A stretch of 55,397 nucleotides of DNA from Prorocentrum cordatum (GCA_963575745.1 CAUYUJ010000163.1:62001-117397), one strand, 5' to 3'; shown: positions 34,522-49,062, counted from the stretch's first letter. A program made the numbers and translations. Notes: generated from the sequence alone by a model not told the origin.

Positions 34522-36122
34522 AGGTATGCCGATGATGATGGGTCTGCGGTGTGTTCACGCCACAACGACGCCGACGTATCGCCGACGTCGCGGCTGTATC
34601 GCTGATGCATCGGTGATGCCTCGACGAAACGTCGCGATCCTCCGACCCCGCTTGCTCGGACTCCAAGTTTGGATGCCTCTATCGACCCTCATGCGAGGCA
34701 CCCTGCCACGCATGCTGAACGACTTTCACTACGGTCGGACCGAGGGACAAGATCGAGGTCGGTTCGGGGAGGGTCCCCTGATGTTCTTCGTGTTTGTGGG
34801 ATGTTCTTGTGCCTCCTGGAGGAGGGCACCCTCGAATGTTCACTTAACATACTTCTGCTATCTGCGCGTCGCCCCTCGGGGGCGCTGCGCGCACCGAGAA
34901 ATCATATAGTATATGCGTCGTGGTGGGCGCTTCTGGCCACACCGCTCGGGAAACGATATACTGCAAGATGAGTGTACTATATGTTCGGGTCGGACGCGCG
35001 CTTCCAAGGAGGACATATAGTACTAGTATGTCTTTGTGCCTCCCAGTAATGCTTAAGCGTATGTGGTATTCAGTTGGCGTTGGAAAGATACCTAGACCCC
35101 CTCGCGTTGTGACAAGCTCACGGCGGGAGGTTTTTCGCTAGTTTCAGCCTCCGGGGGCCTTCACGGGACCTCGGGACCGTCAGATAACGATTTAGGATGA
35201 GAAGCCGGTCTGGGGAAGGGGTCGAGACTTCTGGGGGTCGACGTTGCGACAAAAATCATGACGTCGGGGGTCTGGGTAGCGTGCGATGCGGCGCCGCCGG
35301 CCCGCTTACAGTCGGGGCCCTGAAGAAGGAACCCTTTTCGTTGGGGAGGGGCTCCGTGTTCCTTGATAGTTTCGCAGCTTGCCTTAGGTTTTCCTTAGGT
35401 TTTCGATGTGAAATCGAAGTTTAATTTATCGAAAATAGGGGCCTCGTTCCTTGTTTAGGGTTCCTTAGGTCAACGCCCCGACTGTATTGCACGCCATCCC
35501 TCGCCCTTGGGATAGCTTGCGCCAGAGAAGCCCCGGCAGGGGGACGGCGTGCGCAGAAGGGGGCTCTCTCGCAGGGGGATCGCCTCGCAGGGATGGCGAG
35601 CTTCTCGGCTGTCGGTGCAGCACGCTATGTTTCCAGCGCCGAAGCGTATGCAATGTTGGGGCCCCCGGGCGGCGGGGGCGTGCCCGGGGGTTGTCCCGTG
35701 GTTGTCCCGCGGTGGTCCCGCCGGCCGTCCCCGCGATTCTTTCCCGCGGTTGTTCCGTGGTTGTCCCGTGGTTGTCCCGTGGGTTGTCGCGCGGTTGCCC
35801 GCGGTTGTCCCGTGGTTGTCCCGTGGTTGTCGCGCGGTTGCCCGCGGTTGGCCTGTGGTTGTGCCGTGGTGGTCGCGTATGTAGATAGGTCGTACGACTG
35901 GTTTCCAGGTAATGAGGTCGACAAGGAGAGATGGGGAGATGGAGCGGTAGAGAGATAGAGAGAGGTCGACCGAACGATCAGATGATCGAATGATCTCGGA
36001 GGATGCCGAGTGTCCGAAGGTGGGGGGATCGAATTATATACACAGCTCGGGAGATCATGGTCGATCCGACATCAACCACAAACCGAAATTCGAATGGTCT
36101 CTTACATGGTCTCTTACACGTT

Positions 36123-36456
36123 TCAGCCACGCGCGCAAGGGGGTGGGGGGAGGGGGGGGGCTTCTTCGAAGCACCCCTGCTTCTTAGAAGGCGCGGGCCT
36201 GTCCATAGATGTAAGGCCCCGCCCTCTAAGAAGCAGCCTGCTTCTAAGAAGCCCCCCCCCCTCCCCCCACCCCCTTGTTCAGGAGGGTAAAAAACACACA
36301 GACACATTTAATTGTCGATCCCCAGGAAACTATGGGAAAATATGGGAAGTGGGGGGGAAGACGAAAATTCAGAAAATATGGAAAAATATTGGGAATCCTT
36401 TTATTTGTGTGTATTTATTTATGTGTCCTGGGCCCCCCCCTTGCGCGCGTGGCTGA
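36123..36456. mobile_element. MITE with TCAG...CTGA termini and 5-bp TSD, containing a nested ~150-bp element; related copy ~52079-52572
   Basis: TIR tcagccacgcgcgcaaggggg / cccccttgcgcgcgtggctga; acgtt on both sides. Confidence 0.75.
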
Positions 36457-37791
36457 ACGTTCACCCGCGCTGTCTCCCGCAGGGCCGCCCGCATGGTCGC
36501 CCGCATGGTCTCCCGGTATGGTCTCCCGGCGTATGGTCTCCCGCATGGGCTCTCCCGCACGGTCCCCCGCAAGGTGTCCCGTAGGATCGTATTCATTACT
36601 CCAAATTTCGTAATAAAGGGAGGGGGGTCTCATTTCGGGGGGGGGTCTCTTCCAGGCTGCCTTGGAGGGCCTGGGGGGGTCTGGGGACGATGTTTTGGAG
36701 GGTTCTCCCACGGGGGAGGTCTGAAATGGCTTGTCTTGGAGGGTCCAGACCCCCTCCCTTTAATTACGAAATCTGGAGCATTCATTATACAGTGCCGTTT
36801 TTAATACATGTTCCGCGTGCGGATCATGAATAAAAACTGCAGGGATTTAGTATCAAAAGCAACGATGAGTTCATGCATAACTTTATTCCTAACTTAATCA
36901 TGTATTAAGAATCAGTTTGTTTGTGATGCTTCCTCCTTTTTTGTTAAAAACTATGTATTAAGAACTGCCCTGTACTCTCTCTTGGTGCGCGCGCTGGTAT
37001 TCGAAAGCGTTGCTCAGCAGATTCTACCGCCAAGGGTTGTTTGTGGTAAGTCGGGTGTGTGTGTGCGGCGCCGAGGCGAGAGTCCCGTTTTGGGAAAGCG
37101 ACCCGCCCTCCATTCTCCTCCCTCCTCCCTCCTCCCTCCTCCCTCCTGCCTCCTCCCTCCTCCCTCCTCCCTCCTCCCTCCCTCCTCCTCCCTCCTCCCT
37201 CCTCCCTCCTCCCTCCTCCCTCCTCCCTCCTCCCCCCAGACTGGTCGCGGTGCGAACGTCTCAGACGAAACGCCCAGTCCGCCCTGACGACACGTCTGGT
37301 TGCGCGACAGGGAGGATATACTCGTCGGCAGGAGGGACGCAGTACGGTCGGACCGAAGTAGAAGATCGAGGTCGGCTTGGGGAGGGTACCCCAGTGTTCA
37401 TCGGGCTTGTCGCATATCCTGGGGAAGGGTACCCTCGGGGATCCTATGGCTTGGGGTGTTTGGGCCGGCGGAGGGTCTCATGTTCTTGAAGGATGTTCTT
37501 TTGTTTCTGGTCTGGCTGTAGGAGAGGCAGGGCTTGGACGAGGATCAAATCCGTTCCAGGGCGTTCCGGAACGCTCTGCAACGCTCTGGGAAGGCCGCGG
37601 CGCCCGAGACATCCACTAGAGCCGCCAGGTCTCAGAGATTCCCGATGTATCTTCACCCGGATGTATCTTTGTCCTGGCTTCGTCTCAAGGGAAGTCAACC
37701 CGCATAGTGAGGATGAGCGTTTTTCCAAGGGTGCCCTTTCGCAGGCCCAGAGGTTGACACCAACACCAAGATCGGCGGTGTGCCTCCACCA

Positions 37792-37890
37792 AGGGAAGAC
37801 GATCCCGATCTCGGTGATGGTGGTAATATTCTGGCTTCCGAGGTGGCCAAACTATTACCACCAACACCGACATCTAGGATCGTCTTCCCC
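37792..37890. repeat. ~100-bp foldback hairpin
   Basis: gggaagacgatcc..tcggtgatggtggtaata / tattaccaccaacaccga..ggatcgtcttccc. Confidence 0.75.
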
Positions 37891-37964
37891 CTGCGGAGGC
37901 CCCCCCCCCCTGCGTTGGTGTGTGTGTGTGTGTTTTTCCCACTGTTTTCCCCCCCCCCCCCCCA

Positions 37965-38032
<68 letters not shown>

Positions 38033-38423
38033 GTGTGTGTGTGTGTGCGTGTGTTTTTTTTTTTTTGTTTGTGTGTGTGTGTTTTCCCACCGTGTGTGTT
38101 ATTTTGTGTGTGTGTGTTGTGTGTGTGTGTGTGTGTGTTTTGTGTGTTTTCTGTGCTGTTTTCCCACTGTGTGCGCTTTTTTCCCCCACAGAGCGCTTTT
38201 CCACGGGTGCCCTTGCAGCCTCGCCGCCGCCACTCCGGGCCCCGCCTTGGCCGCGCTCGCCGGCCGAGGCCCGCCCGCAGAGCGTCGGCAATGGCCTTCT
38301 TCCGAGGGCCCTTGCGGCCTTGTCGCGCGTCCTTTGTGATCAGGAGGGACAAGACACATTGACACAACTTATCGTCGACCCCAGGGAAATAACCCCAGGA
38401 AATAACCCCAGGAAGCATATCCG

Positions 38424-38476
<53 letters not shown>

Positions 38477-41106
38477 GCATCATCATCAGCATCATCATCA
38501 TCATTATCATCATCATCGTGTCCGGGTGCTACAGCTATCGTTCGGTTATTTCGGCTCTTCGGAATATCGAATAAAAAATGTGGTGCTACGATATCGCTGG
38601 GGGGGTTCTTAAATGCTTCCTGGGGTTATGGTAAACCATGGATGGGAGGGGGGGGGGAAGACACAAGCCCAGAAAATAGAGGGAAATAGAGGGAATCCTG
38701 TGATTTGTGTTAATATTTGTGTGCCCCAGGGCGCCTTCATTTCATACGGGTTGATTGTAGGAGAGGCTGGGCTTGGATGAGGGGGAGGGGGGGCAGCAGG
38801 GAGTCGACGAGGGCTGCTTCGATCGGGCCGTCTCCCTCGCTGGCTCGGGTGCGGATCCCGAAGATTTCGAGGACCTCTCTTGCAAAGGGTTCCGAGGACC
38901 CCCTGACCTCCCAGGCATTTTTTTGGTTCGTCGCAGCGCGGCAGAGGCGATCCGTACGCGCGCTCTGGTATGAAGTCGGGCCTGTCCCTCTACAGGAAGA
39001 ATAACCCAAAACAGTAAAAACATAGTCTGGGGACGACTTTGTTTCTCTCTCTCTCTCTATTTTTGCTGATGTTTGGTGTATTGCTTGGGGTGTATTTTAG
39101 AGTTGTCGTCGACACTCCACCTGTAGGCGGACATGCCCGACCTAAGTCCAGTGGGCCAGGAGCGGGCGACCTGCTTGTCGGGCTGCGAGGGCCCAGGCCT
39201 CCTCTAGATGGGGTCGGCGCAGACGGGGCCGCGGAGGATCGCGCCGCACCGCCGAGGCACCGCCGACGCGGCTCGACGCGGAGCCCGCCTTTCGGGGGCG
39301 GACAGGACCCTCAACAGTGACGCGTCGATTGGTGAATGGTCCGTTTTCGCTCTTCGAGAGGGCGCCGCGGCCGCGATTTTCCGGGCTTGCGCCCGCCAGG
39401 TTTGGGCCTCAGGTCGTTCTCACTAAACCACGTTTTACTGAAGGGAGGTCTGTCCATCCCCGAGACTTGCTTCACGCCGACGTCGCCGATGCATCCGGTG
39501 CATCGCCGGTGCATCGCCGATGAAATCGCTGATGTGTCGGCGATGCGGCGCGGTCCTCCGGCCCCATCTGCTCCGACCCCATCTACCCAGACCCCCGACG
39601 TGATGATTTTTTCATTACGTCGACCCCCAGAGGTCCCGACCCTTTCTCCACGACCGGCTTTGCATCCCGACTCGTTTTTCGACGCTCCCGAGGCCCGGTG
39701 AGGGCCCCCGGAGGCCGAGAATGCAGAAACACCTCCCGTCATATGATTTTTTCATTGCCCGAGGGAGTCTGGGTAGGAGGCCTCCCAGAAGGGGGGAGAA
39801 GGCGGCTGCGAGCGGTCGCGGAGAGCGGGCGGGGGAGGAGGGCGCCCACCGCACCGAAGAGAGCCTCGGCAGGAGCGGCCGGGGGGCAGCCAGGCGCTGC
39901 GGAGGCGCCCTGGCAGTGGACGCGGGAGCGGCACCTGCCACGCCTCCCAGAAACATCCGACGCCGTGTTTTTGTTCGCAGCGCGGCTTTTGACTAAGTTA
40001 CACTGGTGTATGGCCTCGAGGGCGCGAACCTGGTGTAATTTGCAAAGGTTTCTGGCCTCGGGGACGCGAGCATGGCGTAATTTGCGGAAGCTCCTGGCGT
40101 CGAGGACGCCAACGTGGCGTAATCTACGGGAGTTTATGGCCCCGGAGGTCTAGGCCCCTTCCGAGGGGCCGGCTCTTCATCCCGAGTCGTCTTGGACGGC
40201 CCCGAGGCCCGGCGAGGCCCCCTGGGAGGACCACGCAGCCCAAGATGTGGGGAAGCTTGCCGTCGTGTTCTTTTCGCAGGAGGGGAAAAACACAGAGACA
40301 CAATGAATTGTTGACTCCCAGGAAGATATGCGAAAATATGGGAAGTGGGGAGGAAGACGAAAACATTGAAAATTTGTGAGACTATGGAGAATCCTGGTAT
40401 TTGTAGTTATTTTTTCAATTCGACGCCCCTGAGGGGGCAGACACCGCCGCCCCACCATCATTTTTGGAACGCGAAGTTTGAGACGGCCCGACAGGGTCCA
40501 AAACGACGTGGAAAAGGTCCGAAGAAAGGCCCCCCAGAGGGGCCCAAGAGGCTCCGAAAACGGCCCAACAGGGTACCCAAAGGTATCGAAACAGCAGACG
40601 AAACCGAAGAGGGATGCGGAGAGGCAGAAAGCAGCAGTCCCACTTAGTTCTGTGGCCTCAGAAGCGCCTCTGGGGACCCCCTGGGCGCGCCCAAGACAGC
40701 CCAAAAAGGCGCCTAAAGGCCGGCCAGAGGGCCCAAGATGGGTCCGAGAGGTTGTCAGGACCGTCGTAGAGAGCATGCCCAGGTTCTAAGATGGCCGCAA
40801 GAGCCAGCGGGGATGCACGGGAGCTCCGAGAGAGGCGCAAGGAGGAGTGCGAGAAGGCCATAATCACCAACATCCTATGTGTTTTACGCTGTTTCTTGCT
40901 TGTTGGGGTGTTCTGGTGTATGCGGCTCGAAAAGACGAGGAAAGGCATTCGGAACGGCTCAGAGTGGCCTGAAGGAGGGTGAAAACGAGCCCAGGAGAGC
41001 CTCAGGAGGCCCGAAAGCCGGCCCAGTGGGCGCCTGGAGATGGCGGCCAGAAGGCGCCCCGGCCGCAGCGGGGGCCACCGGGCCGGCGGAATGAGCGAGG
41101 CGTGGG

Positions 41107-41300
41107 TCGGGGGCGGAAAAGAGGGGGGTGATGACTAGGGGGGGGTGGATATCATGGCGTGGGCCATGATATTTCCCCAGATTTCATGGCGCCTCTTCTT
41201 GTTTCAATACGTCCCTGCCCCCCCCGCTGGGCCGCGCACATGCCGCCGGTCATGATTTGCACCCCCCCCTCTTGGACACCCCCCTCTTGGCCGCTCCCGA
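41107..41300. mobile_element. ~194-bp MITE, copy 3
   Basis: Same family as 17008; TSD gtggg. Confidence 0.9.
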
Positions 41301-41699
41301 GTGGGGAGGACCCTAGGAGGTGTTGCGAGGGCTCAGAGGCAGGGGTAGGTATGAAAGGCGCGCTGGAGAGAAGACTTACACACAGCACTACTGAAGACCC
41401 TGCTGTGGAGCTCACACGCCGTACCTGTTGGGGCTTCGGATCGCTTCGCTCATTCCGCCGTCCCCTGTCTCATCCCCTTGGTGCGTGGTGGTGTGCGCGT
41501 GCCCAGGGGGACTGGCAGGTCAGGCAGGAACTTCCGTCAGGAGATCGATGGAGATGCGGGTTCCAAGAGCGCTCAACAAGGCTTCTGTATCACCGAAGAG
41601 CGCCAGTAGATCGCTCGAGAGGGCGCCAAGACGGCCGAAGAGAGCTCCAGCAGAGGTCCCAGACTCGCTCAAACAGTCCATGCGGGTGCAAAAGTTCTC

Positions 41700-44083
41700 A
41701 GGAGGCCTTTTGGGGGCCTTTTGGGTACCTTAATGGGGGCCTCTTTGGTGCCTTTTGGGGCCCTCTTGGGGTTTCTTGGGGGGCTCTTAGGGGTTTCTTG
41801 GGGCCTTCTGAGGGCGTCCTGGGGCCGAAGGCTCGAAGTGTTAGCTCGGGTGCCCCCTCTGGGCTCCCTCTTGGGGCAGTCCTGTGGCTCTCTTGGGCCG
41901 TCTTAGGGGGCTTCTGGGGCCGTCTTGGGGCTCTCATGGGTTCGTTCTCTTGGAGCCCTCTTGGCGGCCTCTTGGGCCGTCTTGGGGCGATCTTGGAGGC
42001 CTCTTGGGCCGTCTTGGACGTTGTGAAAGCCGAAGAGGCGAACCTGCAAAAACGAAACATTTTCCGAAGAGAAGGGGACGACTTTTGCCTCTTGGGGCCG
42101 TTTTGGGAGGCGAGGCCTCTTGGGACCGTCTGGAGGCCATCTGGGACGTCTTGGAGCGGTCTTTGGGCGACTCGGAGCCTCCTCAGACCTCCTTGGGGCG
42201 CTCCTGGGGTGATCCTGGAGCCGCCGGAGCTGGGCCCAGGAGCCCTCGGAGCCTCGCCCGAGAGTTCTGGCATCCTTGAGACCACCTTGCCGGGAGTCGC
42301 CCGGGGTACTCTTCGTCTGGGGGCCCCCAAGGGCGGCCCCGCGCGCGCGAACTCGAAACGTTCGAAACCTCCTGCCAGAGACCTTAGCACGCCTCTGGCC
42401 CGTTGGGCCGGCGAATTTGTGGGGAATCCTGGGATTTGTGTCCATATATTTCATCGCTTCGCTCGTTGCGCCGGCCCGCATTGTGCCCTCGCTGGCGTTT
42501 GGGCTTTTGGGGGCCTTTTGGGGTCCGCGCTGGGGGTTTCTTGGGGGCCTCTTGGGTTTCTGTTGGAGCCTCTTTGGGGTTTCGTGGAGCTCCTTTGGGA
42601 GCATTTGGGAGCATCTTGGGGCTTCTGGGAGCCGCTTGGGAGCTTCTTGGGGGCCTTGTGGGGGCCTCCTGGGGCTTCAAAGGGGCCTCTTGGCGCCTCC
42701 TGGGGGCTTCTCAGGGCCGAGGGCTCGAAATGTTGTTTCTTGTTCCCCCTCTGGGGCTTCTCTCAGAGCGTTCTTGGGGCCCTCTTGGGCCGTCTTGAAG
42801 GCCTCTTGGGCCGACTTGGAACCCTGTTGGGCCGTCTTGGGGCCCTGTCGGAGGCCTCTCGGGCCTCTTACGGCGTTCTTGGGGCCCTCTTGGACCGTCT
42901 TGGAGGTCTCTTGGGCCGTCTTGGAACCCTCTTGGGCCGTCTTGGGGCCTTGTCGGAGGCCTCTCGGGCCTCTTAGGGCGATCTTGGGGGCCTCTTGGGC
43001 CATCTTGGGGCGTCGCGATGCCGAAAAGGTGGAGACGCCCAAATATCCCCAAAACCTAAGGGAAAACAATGAATTGTGCCTCTTGGGGCCCTCTTGGGAG
43101 TGCTCTTGAAAGCCTCGTGGGGCGTCTGGGGGCTATCTCGATGGCCTTTTGGGGGCCTCCTGGGGCTTGAAAGGGGCCTCTTGGCGCCTCCTGGGGGCTT
43201 CTCAGGGCCGAGGGCTCGAAATGTTGTTTCGTGTTCCCCCTCTGGGGCTTCTCTTAGAGCGTTCTTGGGCCCCCTTTGGGCCGTCTTGGAGGCCTCTTGG
43301 GCCGTCTTGGAACCCTCTTGGGCCGTCTTGGGGCCTTGTCGGAGGCCTCTCGGGCCTCTTAGGGCGATCTTGGGGGCCTCTTGGGCCATCTTGGGGCGTC
43401 GCGATGCCGAAAAGGTGGAGACGCCCAAATATCCCCAAAACCTAAGGGAAAACAATGAATTGTGCCTCTTGGGGCCCTCTTGGGAGTGCTCTTGAAAGCC
43501 TCGTGGGGCGTCTGGGGGCTATCTCGAGGGCCTTTGGGGGGGCTCCTGGGGCTTGAAAGGGGCCTCTTGGCGCCTCCTGGGGGCTTCTTTGGGCCGAGGG
43601 CTCGACATGTTGTTTCGTGTCCCCCCTCTGGGGCTTCTGTTAGAGCGTTCTTGGGCCCCTCTTGGGCCGTCTTGGAGGCCTCTTGGGCCGTCTTGGAACC
43701 CTCTTGGGTCGTCCGTCGCGATGCCGAAAAGGTGGAGACGCCAACATCTCCCCCAAACCCAAGGGAAAACAATGAATTTTGCCTTTTGGGGCCCTCTTGG
43801 GAGTCTCCTGGGGCTCCTTGGCGACGTCTTTGGGGCCCCCAGGGCCTCTTGGGGGGCTCTTGGAGGCCTCTTAGGGCGGGAGGGGGGGTAGTCGATTGCG
43901 GCTCCCCCCTCGGAGGCCACGATCCTCGTGAGGGGTGTCGAAAAATGGCCTTCCCCTGGAGTGCTCTGGTGGCTCCTCCAGGGACCTTACCGGGGTACTT
44001 TTCGTCCGGGGACCCCCAGGGGCCGCCCCGCGCGCGCGAACTAGAAATACTGTGAACCAGCTACCGGCGATCTTAGCACGCCT
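41700..44083 (+). mobile_element. Two adjacent TCTTGG-rich elements (3' part ~41700-42418; near-complete 42449-44083)
   Basis: Same termini and 386-bp units as 879-9101; contains the empty YR target site. Confidence 0.75.
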
Positions 44084-44824
44084 GTGTGTCCCAGGGCCTC
44101 TTCGTTCGGGTCGACCCAAAAGGGGGTCCAGCGACAAGGTGGTGGTGCAGTAGATTTGGTGCAATAGGTTTGGGGGGTGCAATACACTTGAGACGTGCAA
44201 TACATTTCCGAGGCGCAAATGTATTGCTGTATTTTCGCGTGCGCTACATAACTTGCAACACAATGCAACGCAATTCTCCGGCGCAATACATTTGAGGCGC
44301 GTGGCGGGGGGAGGAGGAGGAGGAGGAGGAGGAGGAGGAGGAGGAGGAGGAGGAGGAGGAGGAGGAGGAGGAGGAGGAGGAGGAGAGGAGGGAGGAGGAT
44401 TCGCAATACAAGCTGGACCCCCTTTTGGGTCACCCCAGTTTGTTTCCTCGCGACGCGAGGCCTCCTGGGCTCCGCGGGCCTCCCCTCGGCGACCTCGGGC
44501 CAGCGAGCGGCGGCAGCGGCGGGCCTCCGAGAGCAGCTCCGCTCCGCGCCGCGGCGCGCCGCGCAGGTCACCCAGCTGGCGCTGCTCTTCCCCGCCCCGC
44601 TGGGCGGCGACCGCGTCAGAATACACTGGATAGGCACGGCGGCCTGGCATCGCTCGGACGCGTGTGCGTGTGTGCGTGTGCGTGTGCGTGTGCGTGTGCG
44701 TGTGCGTGTGCGTGTGCGTGTGCGTGTGCGTGTGCGTGTGTGCGTGTGTGCGTGCGTGTGCGTGTGTGCGTGCGTGCGTGTGTGTGTGTGTGTGTGTGTG
44801 CGTGTGTGTGTGTGTGTGTGTGTG

Positions 44825-44942
<118 letters not shown>

Positions 44943-45256
44943 TCGGCGGGGGCTATTGAGGAGCATCCCGGATCATCCTGCGAGAAGATTTTCGGGGCTG
45001 GACAGACCTCCTGCCCTGACACGTCGATTACGGAATTGGCCGTTTTCGGTTCGCGAGAGGGCATCGCGGCCGTCATTTTTGCGGGTCCAGGTCCGTCGGT
45101 TTCGGTCCCAGGCCGTTTTCATTAAGGGGAGGTCTACTAAAGGGAGGTTTGTCCACCGCCGAGAAAAGCCTCGCACGAAACCCACAACACACAGGGGATG
45201 GACGTCCGAGCGACGGGGAGGCGGCCTGCTCAGCCTGCCTGCGTTCTCTGGGCCTC

Positions 45257-45484
45257 AGGCCTCCCAGGTGGGGTCGGAGCAGATGGGGTCGGAGGATTGC
45301 GCTGCGTCGCCGATGCATCTGAGATGCGGCTCGATGTGGAACCCGACTTTCTCCGCCCGGGCGCCGCCGACGCATCGCCGACGTCGCCGATTCATTGGTG
45401 ATGCATCGACGATGCCTCGGCGATGCATCGACGATGCAGCGCGCTCCTCCGACCCCATCTACTCCGACTCCACCTGAGAGGCCT
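45257..45484. mobile_element. MITE-like foldback; related copy ~39205-39586
   Basis: ggggtcggagcagatggggtcggagga / tcctccgaccccatctactccgactcc inverted arms. Confidence 0.7.
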
Positions 45485-48400
45485 CTGCGTTCCCTTCGAG
45501 CGTGGACGTTGCCCTGGCGTGCTTCAGCTCCACGTCCGCGCATGCTGTCGGGTGCGGCCAAGGATGGGGTGCTGACTAGGGGAGAGGGGTGAAAGGGGCA
45601 CCACGGCGGGGGCCACGAGGTCTCCCCCGATGTCGTGGCCCCCTTTAACTTCTTCTTCCGATGCCCACCCCGGTCCCCCGCATCGTCGATTCACGTACCT
45701 CGAGCCATGCTTCGCGACCCCCCGTTTGGGGACGCCCCCCCTCGTGGACGCCCCCGGGCATGTGTGTTCGAGGCATTTTGTCTGCAGTGCCTGCCCTCCT
45801 CCTCCTCCTCCTCCTCCTCCTCCTCCGCCCTGTGCCTCCTCCTCCTCCTCCTCCTCCTCATCCTCATCCTCATCCTCATCCTCATCCTCATCCTCATCGG
45901 GTGATCCCACGTCGGGGGCCAAAACAAACGCCCGATCGGTTCTCCATCAGTCGCGCCTCGCCGGGAGCATCCTGAGGGCGCTGGTGTCGCCATGGAAAGC
46001 CTCTTGAGGCCAAGATTCCAGACCAAAAGCTGACACGTTTTTGTCCTACCTGCGATCCACACGGCCGACATGCTTGTCCTACCATGACGAACGGGAGGAT
46101 CAAGAGAGACAGGACGAGGACGAGAAGAATAATGACGATGATGAGCAAGAGAAGGAGGAAGAGGAGGAGGACCCGCACGTATCATGAGGAGTTCCGGACT
46201 CCTTGATGCATTGTTGCTGCCAGCTTGAGCTGAGCGTGGCGGCATCGGGATTCTGTACCATCGCGGAGGAGGCGGGAGGACAGTGGAGCGCTACCCCACC
46301 AGGCTTTTAAGTCGGGCCTGTCCCTCTACAGAGGGAACGTGCAAAAATAGTCAAACAACAGGCTGGGGACCATGTTTTGAGCATTTCTGCGCTGTGTTTG
46401 AACATTTTTGGGGTATTGGCACCGTAGGGGTATAAACTTTCCAGCTCCCCAGGGGCAGGTGTCTCCGACGGCGGAAAGTTTCTGTTATACCGTTCTTCGC
46501 CCGCTGAATGCATCACCACGTTTTTTTCTGACACCTGGTTTGCCAGACTTCTGGAATTTCTTCGCGCGCGCGCATTGCATCATCACCTCATCAGCGCCAT
46601 CGCATCTCCGCCGGTACCGTCATTGCCAATCGCCGTCAACGTTGCCATTATCGTGACCATCACGATCACCTCCATCACCGACACATGCATTATCATCGCC
46701 ATAGTTGTCACCAGCATCGGCGCCGTCATTGACCTTGCCGTTGTCATCGGCAATCATCGGCACCACCAGCGCTATTATCATCCTCGTTGCCGTCGTTATC
46801 CACGTCACCATGGTATCGAGCACGCCAAAGTCGCCGACCTGCACTGAAGCGCTCACGTGTGTGCGTGGCCATTGAGATGCGCTAGGAAGGTTATATCGGT
46901 AAGCGCCATCGCGGCCGCATCAGTTGTGCCAAGCCATGTGTACGCCTTGCGCGAAAGAGCGCACTCCCCAGCGTGGCGGAAGAGACGCGCTAGCAAGTTC
47001 CAACCGGGAGCCGCAATCGTGGCCGAATGGGTTTAACCAAACAAGTTGCGGTTACGTGTGTGGGATTGACGGCCAACTGATTAATTCTCATTGCCCAAAA
47101 AGAATTTGATTCTACCCCCCCCCGGGATTATCGACACCCCTTTTCGTATGCAATTTACATATGATTCTGCCCATCGTCCATCCGAAATAGGAACTCAGGC
47201 CGGTATCGACACCCCCCGTCATCTTCCTCCAAAACATTCTATGCGCGCGCAGTCGTTTATCAAACATCATCATCAATTTCCAAGAATACTTGGTCAAAAG
47301 CATGGGACGAAGTGCGCAAGCGCGCGTTGTCGCGCGCGCATGCCGACATCTTTCGAACACTTTAGGTTTCGTATGTCATAATCGAGTGTCGAATCAACAT
47401 ATAGGAACACGTTGTTTCGCAACGCGAAGTTTCAAAAAAAACATGCGCACGCGCTCTTGCGAATCTGGGATAACACCACCAGTTCTTCAACAGCTTGAAA
47501 CAATACTACCAAACGGGCTTCGCTCGCGCGTGTCGAAATCGCTCGAACGCCCTTGCGCTCGTGTTGTCGCGAAAGTCCTTTGCAACAGATGGGACGAAGT
47601 GCACGCCCGCGTCGTCGCGCGCGCATGCCGAAGTCTTTCAGAAGCCTTAGGCTTCGTAAGGGATTCAATATTGAATGTCCAAAAACATGTCAACCACATG
47701 GTTTCGCAACATCAGTTTTCAGGAACGCTTGCACGCTCTTGCGAATATTCAAGAAACCCAGTTTTTCCTTTCATCTTCATCGAATTCTACCGAACGGACC
47801 TCTCGCGCCGCATGCCAACATCATTCGAACGCCCTTGTGCGCGTGTTGTGGGAGCACGATCCGTGTCAAGTAATACCATGCGGGTCAGTCGTGCGCGTGG
47901 GCAGCGCGCGTATATCGAACTCCTTCCAAGACCTTCACCACCGACGCGAGGACGCCGTCATCGTTGTCGGCGTGATCAGCATCGGCGCCGTCACTGTCCG
48001 TGCCGTCGCCGCTGTCATCATCTTCGCCATCACCGCTACTAGCATCATCGTGTCTACCGTTGTTGACACTGCCATGATACCGCGCCGCCCAAGTCGCCGA
48101 CTCGCAGTGCAGTGCCCGCTGGGATGTGCCCAGAGGTCAGCGCCACCGCGGCCGCGTCGGTCGCGCCAAACTTGCTGGCCGCCGCGCGCGCGAGCATGCG
48201 CGGGCTAGCGCGGCCGCAGAGATGCACCAGCCAACACCAAACACTCATCGCAGTCGCCGCCGCATGGGTTTTGCACTCCCAGTTGCGGGTGGGTGGGTGG
48301 GATGATAGCGCGAGCAGGTGAGTTGTCAAGTCACGACGAACAGCAATTCATGTTACCACGTAGCTTGATCCACGTAGTTTGCACCACCTACAGGCACCAC

Positions 48401-49040
48401 AACAAGTAATGACGATCGACACCCCACGGGGGCCCTTGCATCCTTGCCTCTTTGGTCATCTTCGGTCCATTACCATTCACTTCCGATGGCCAGCCCCGCT
48501 CGCACGGGCGTCCAAGGCCTTTGCATCCATTCGCGCATCTCTATTATCAGCTCTTTTGTAGCTTGCACCGCGTAGATTGCATCACGCAGCTTGCGCCACG
48601 TAGCTTGCGCCACATAGCTTGCGCCACATAGCTTGCGCCGAATAGCTGGCGCGACGTGTATTGCGCAAGGAAGGTTGCACCATATAGTTTGCGCCGCGCA
48701 TGTTGCGCCACATGGCTTGCGCCACATAGCTTACACCACGCTGTTGTTCAACGTAGCGCGCACATCCACAGTGCAATGACTTACTGTACTGTTGTGGGCC
48801 CGCGCTGCGCTGGCTGGTGGTTGGTTGAGCGTGCTGGGTTTTCAGCTGGACCCCGGTTGGTGGGCGCCACTGGGCGCCTCTTGGGCGCCTCGTGTTGGGT
48901 GGGTGTGCCTTGGTTTCGCCTGGTTTCCCGCCCGTGGGCGCCTCGTGGGCGCCTCGCGCGCTGGGTGGGTGTGCCGAGGTTTCGCATGGTGCCCGGCCGT
49001 GGGCGCCTCGTGGCGCCCCCCGGTGCCCGCAGGGCAGCCA

Positions 49041-49062
49041 TCCGTAGCCGTTTTGGCTCGAG
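49041..49062 (+). other. Relict dinoflagellate spliced-leader sequence
   Basis: TCCGTAGCCGTTTTGGCTCGAG vs DCCGTAGCCATTTTGGCTCAAG: 20/22, ~90 nt upstream of the channel ATG. Confidence 0.92.

Noticed and set aside
41159..43920. Long Leu/Gly/Trp-rich ORFs
   Set aside because: They arise from TCTTGG-rich 386-bp repeats and run across unrelated repeat boundaries.
46560..48750. Coding or RNA genes in the lower-GC region
   Set aside because: Only degenerate (CAT/CGT)-rich tracts, a ~288-bp duplication (47302/47590) and 14-bp tagcttgcgccaca repeats; no recognisable gene.
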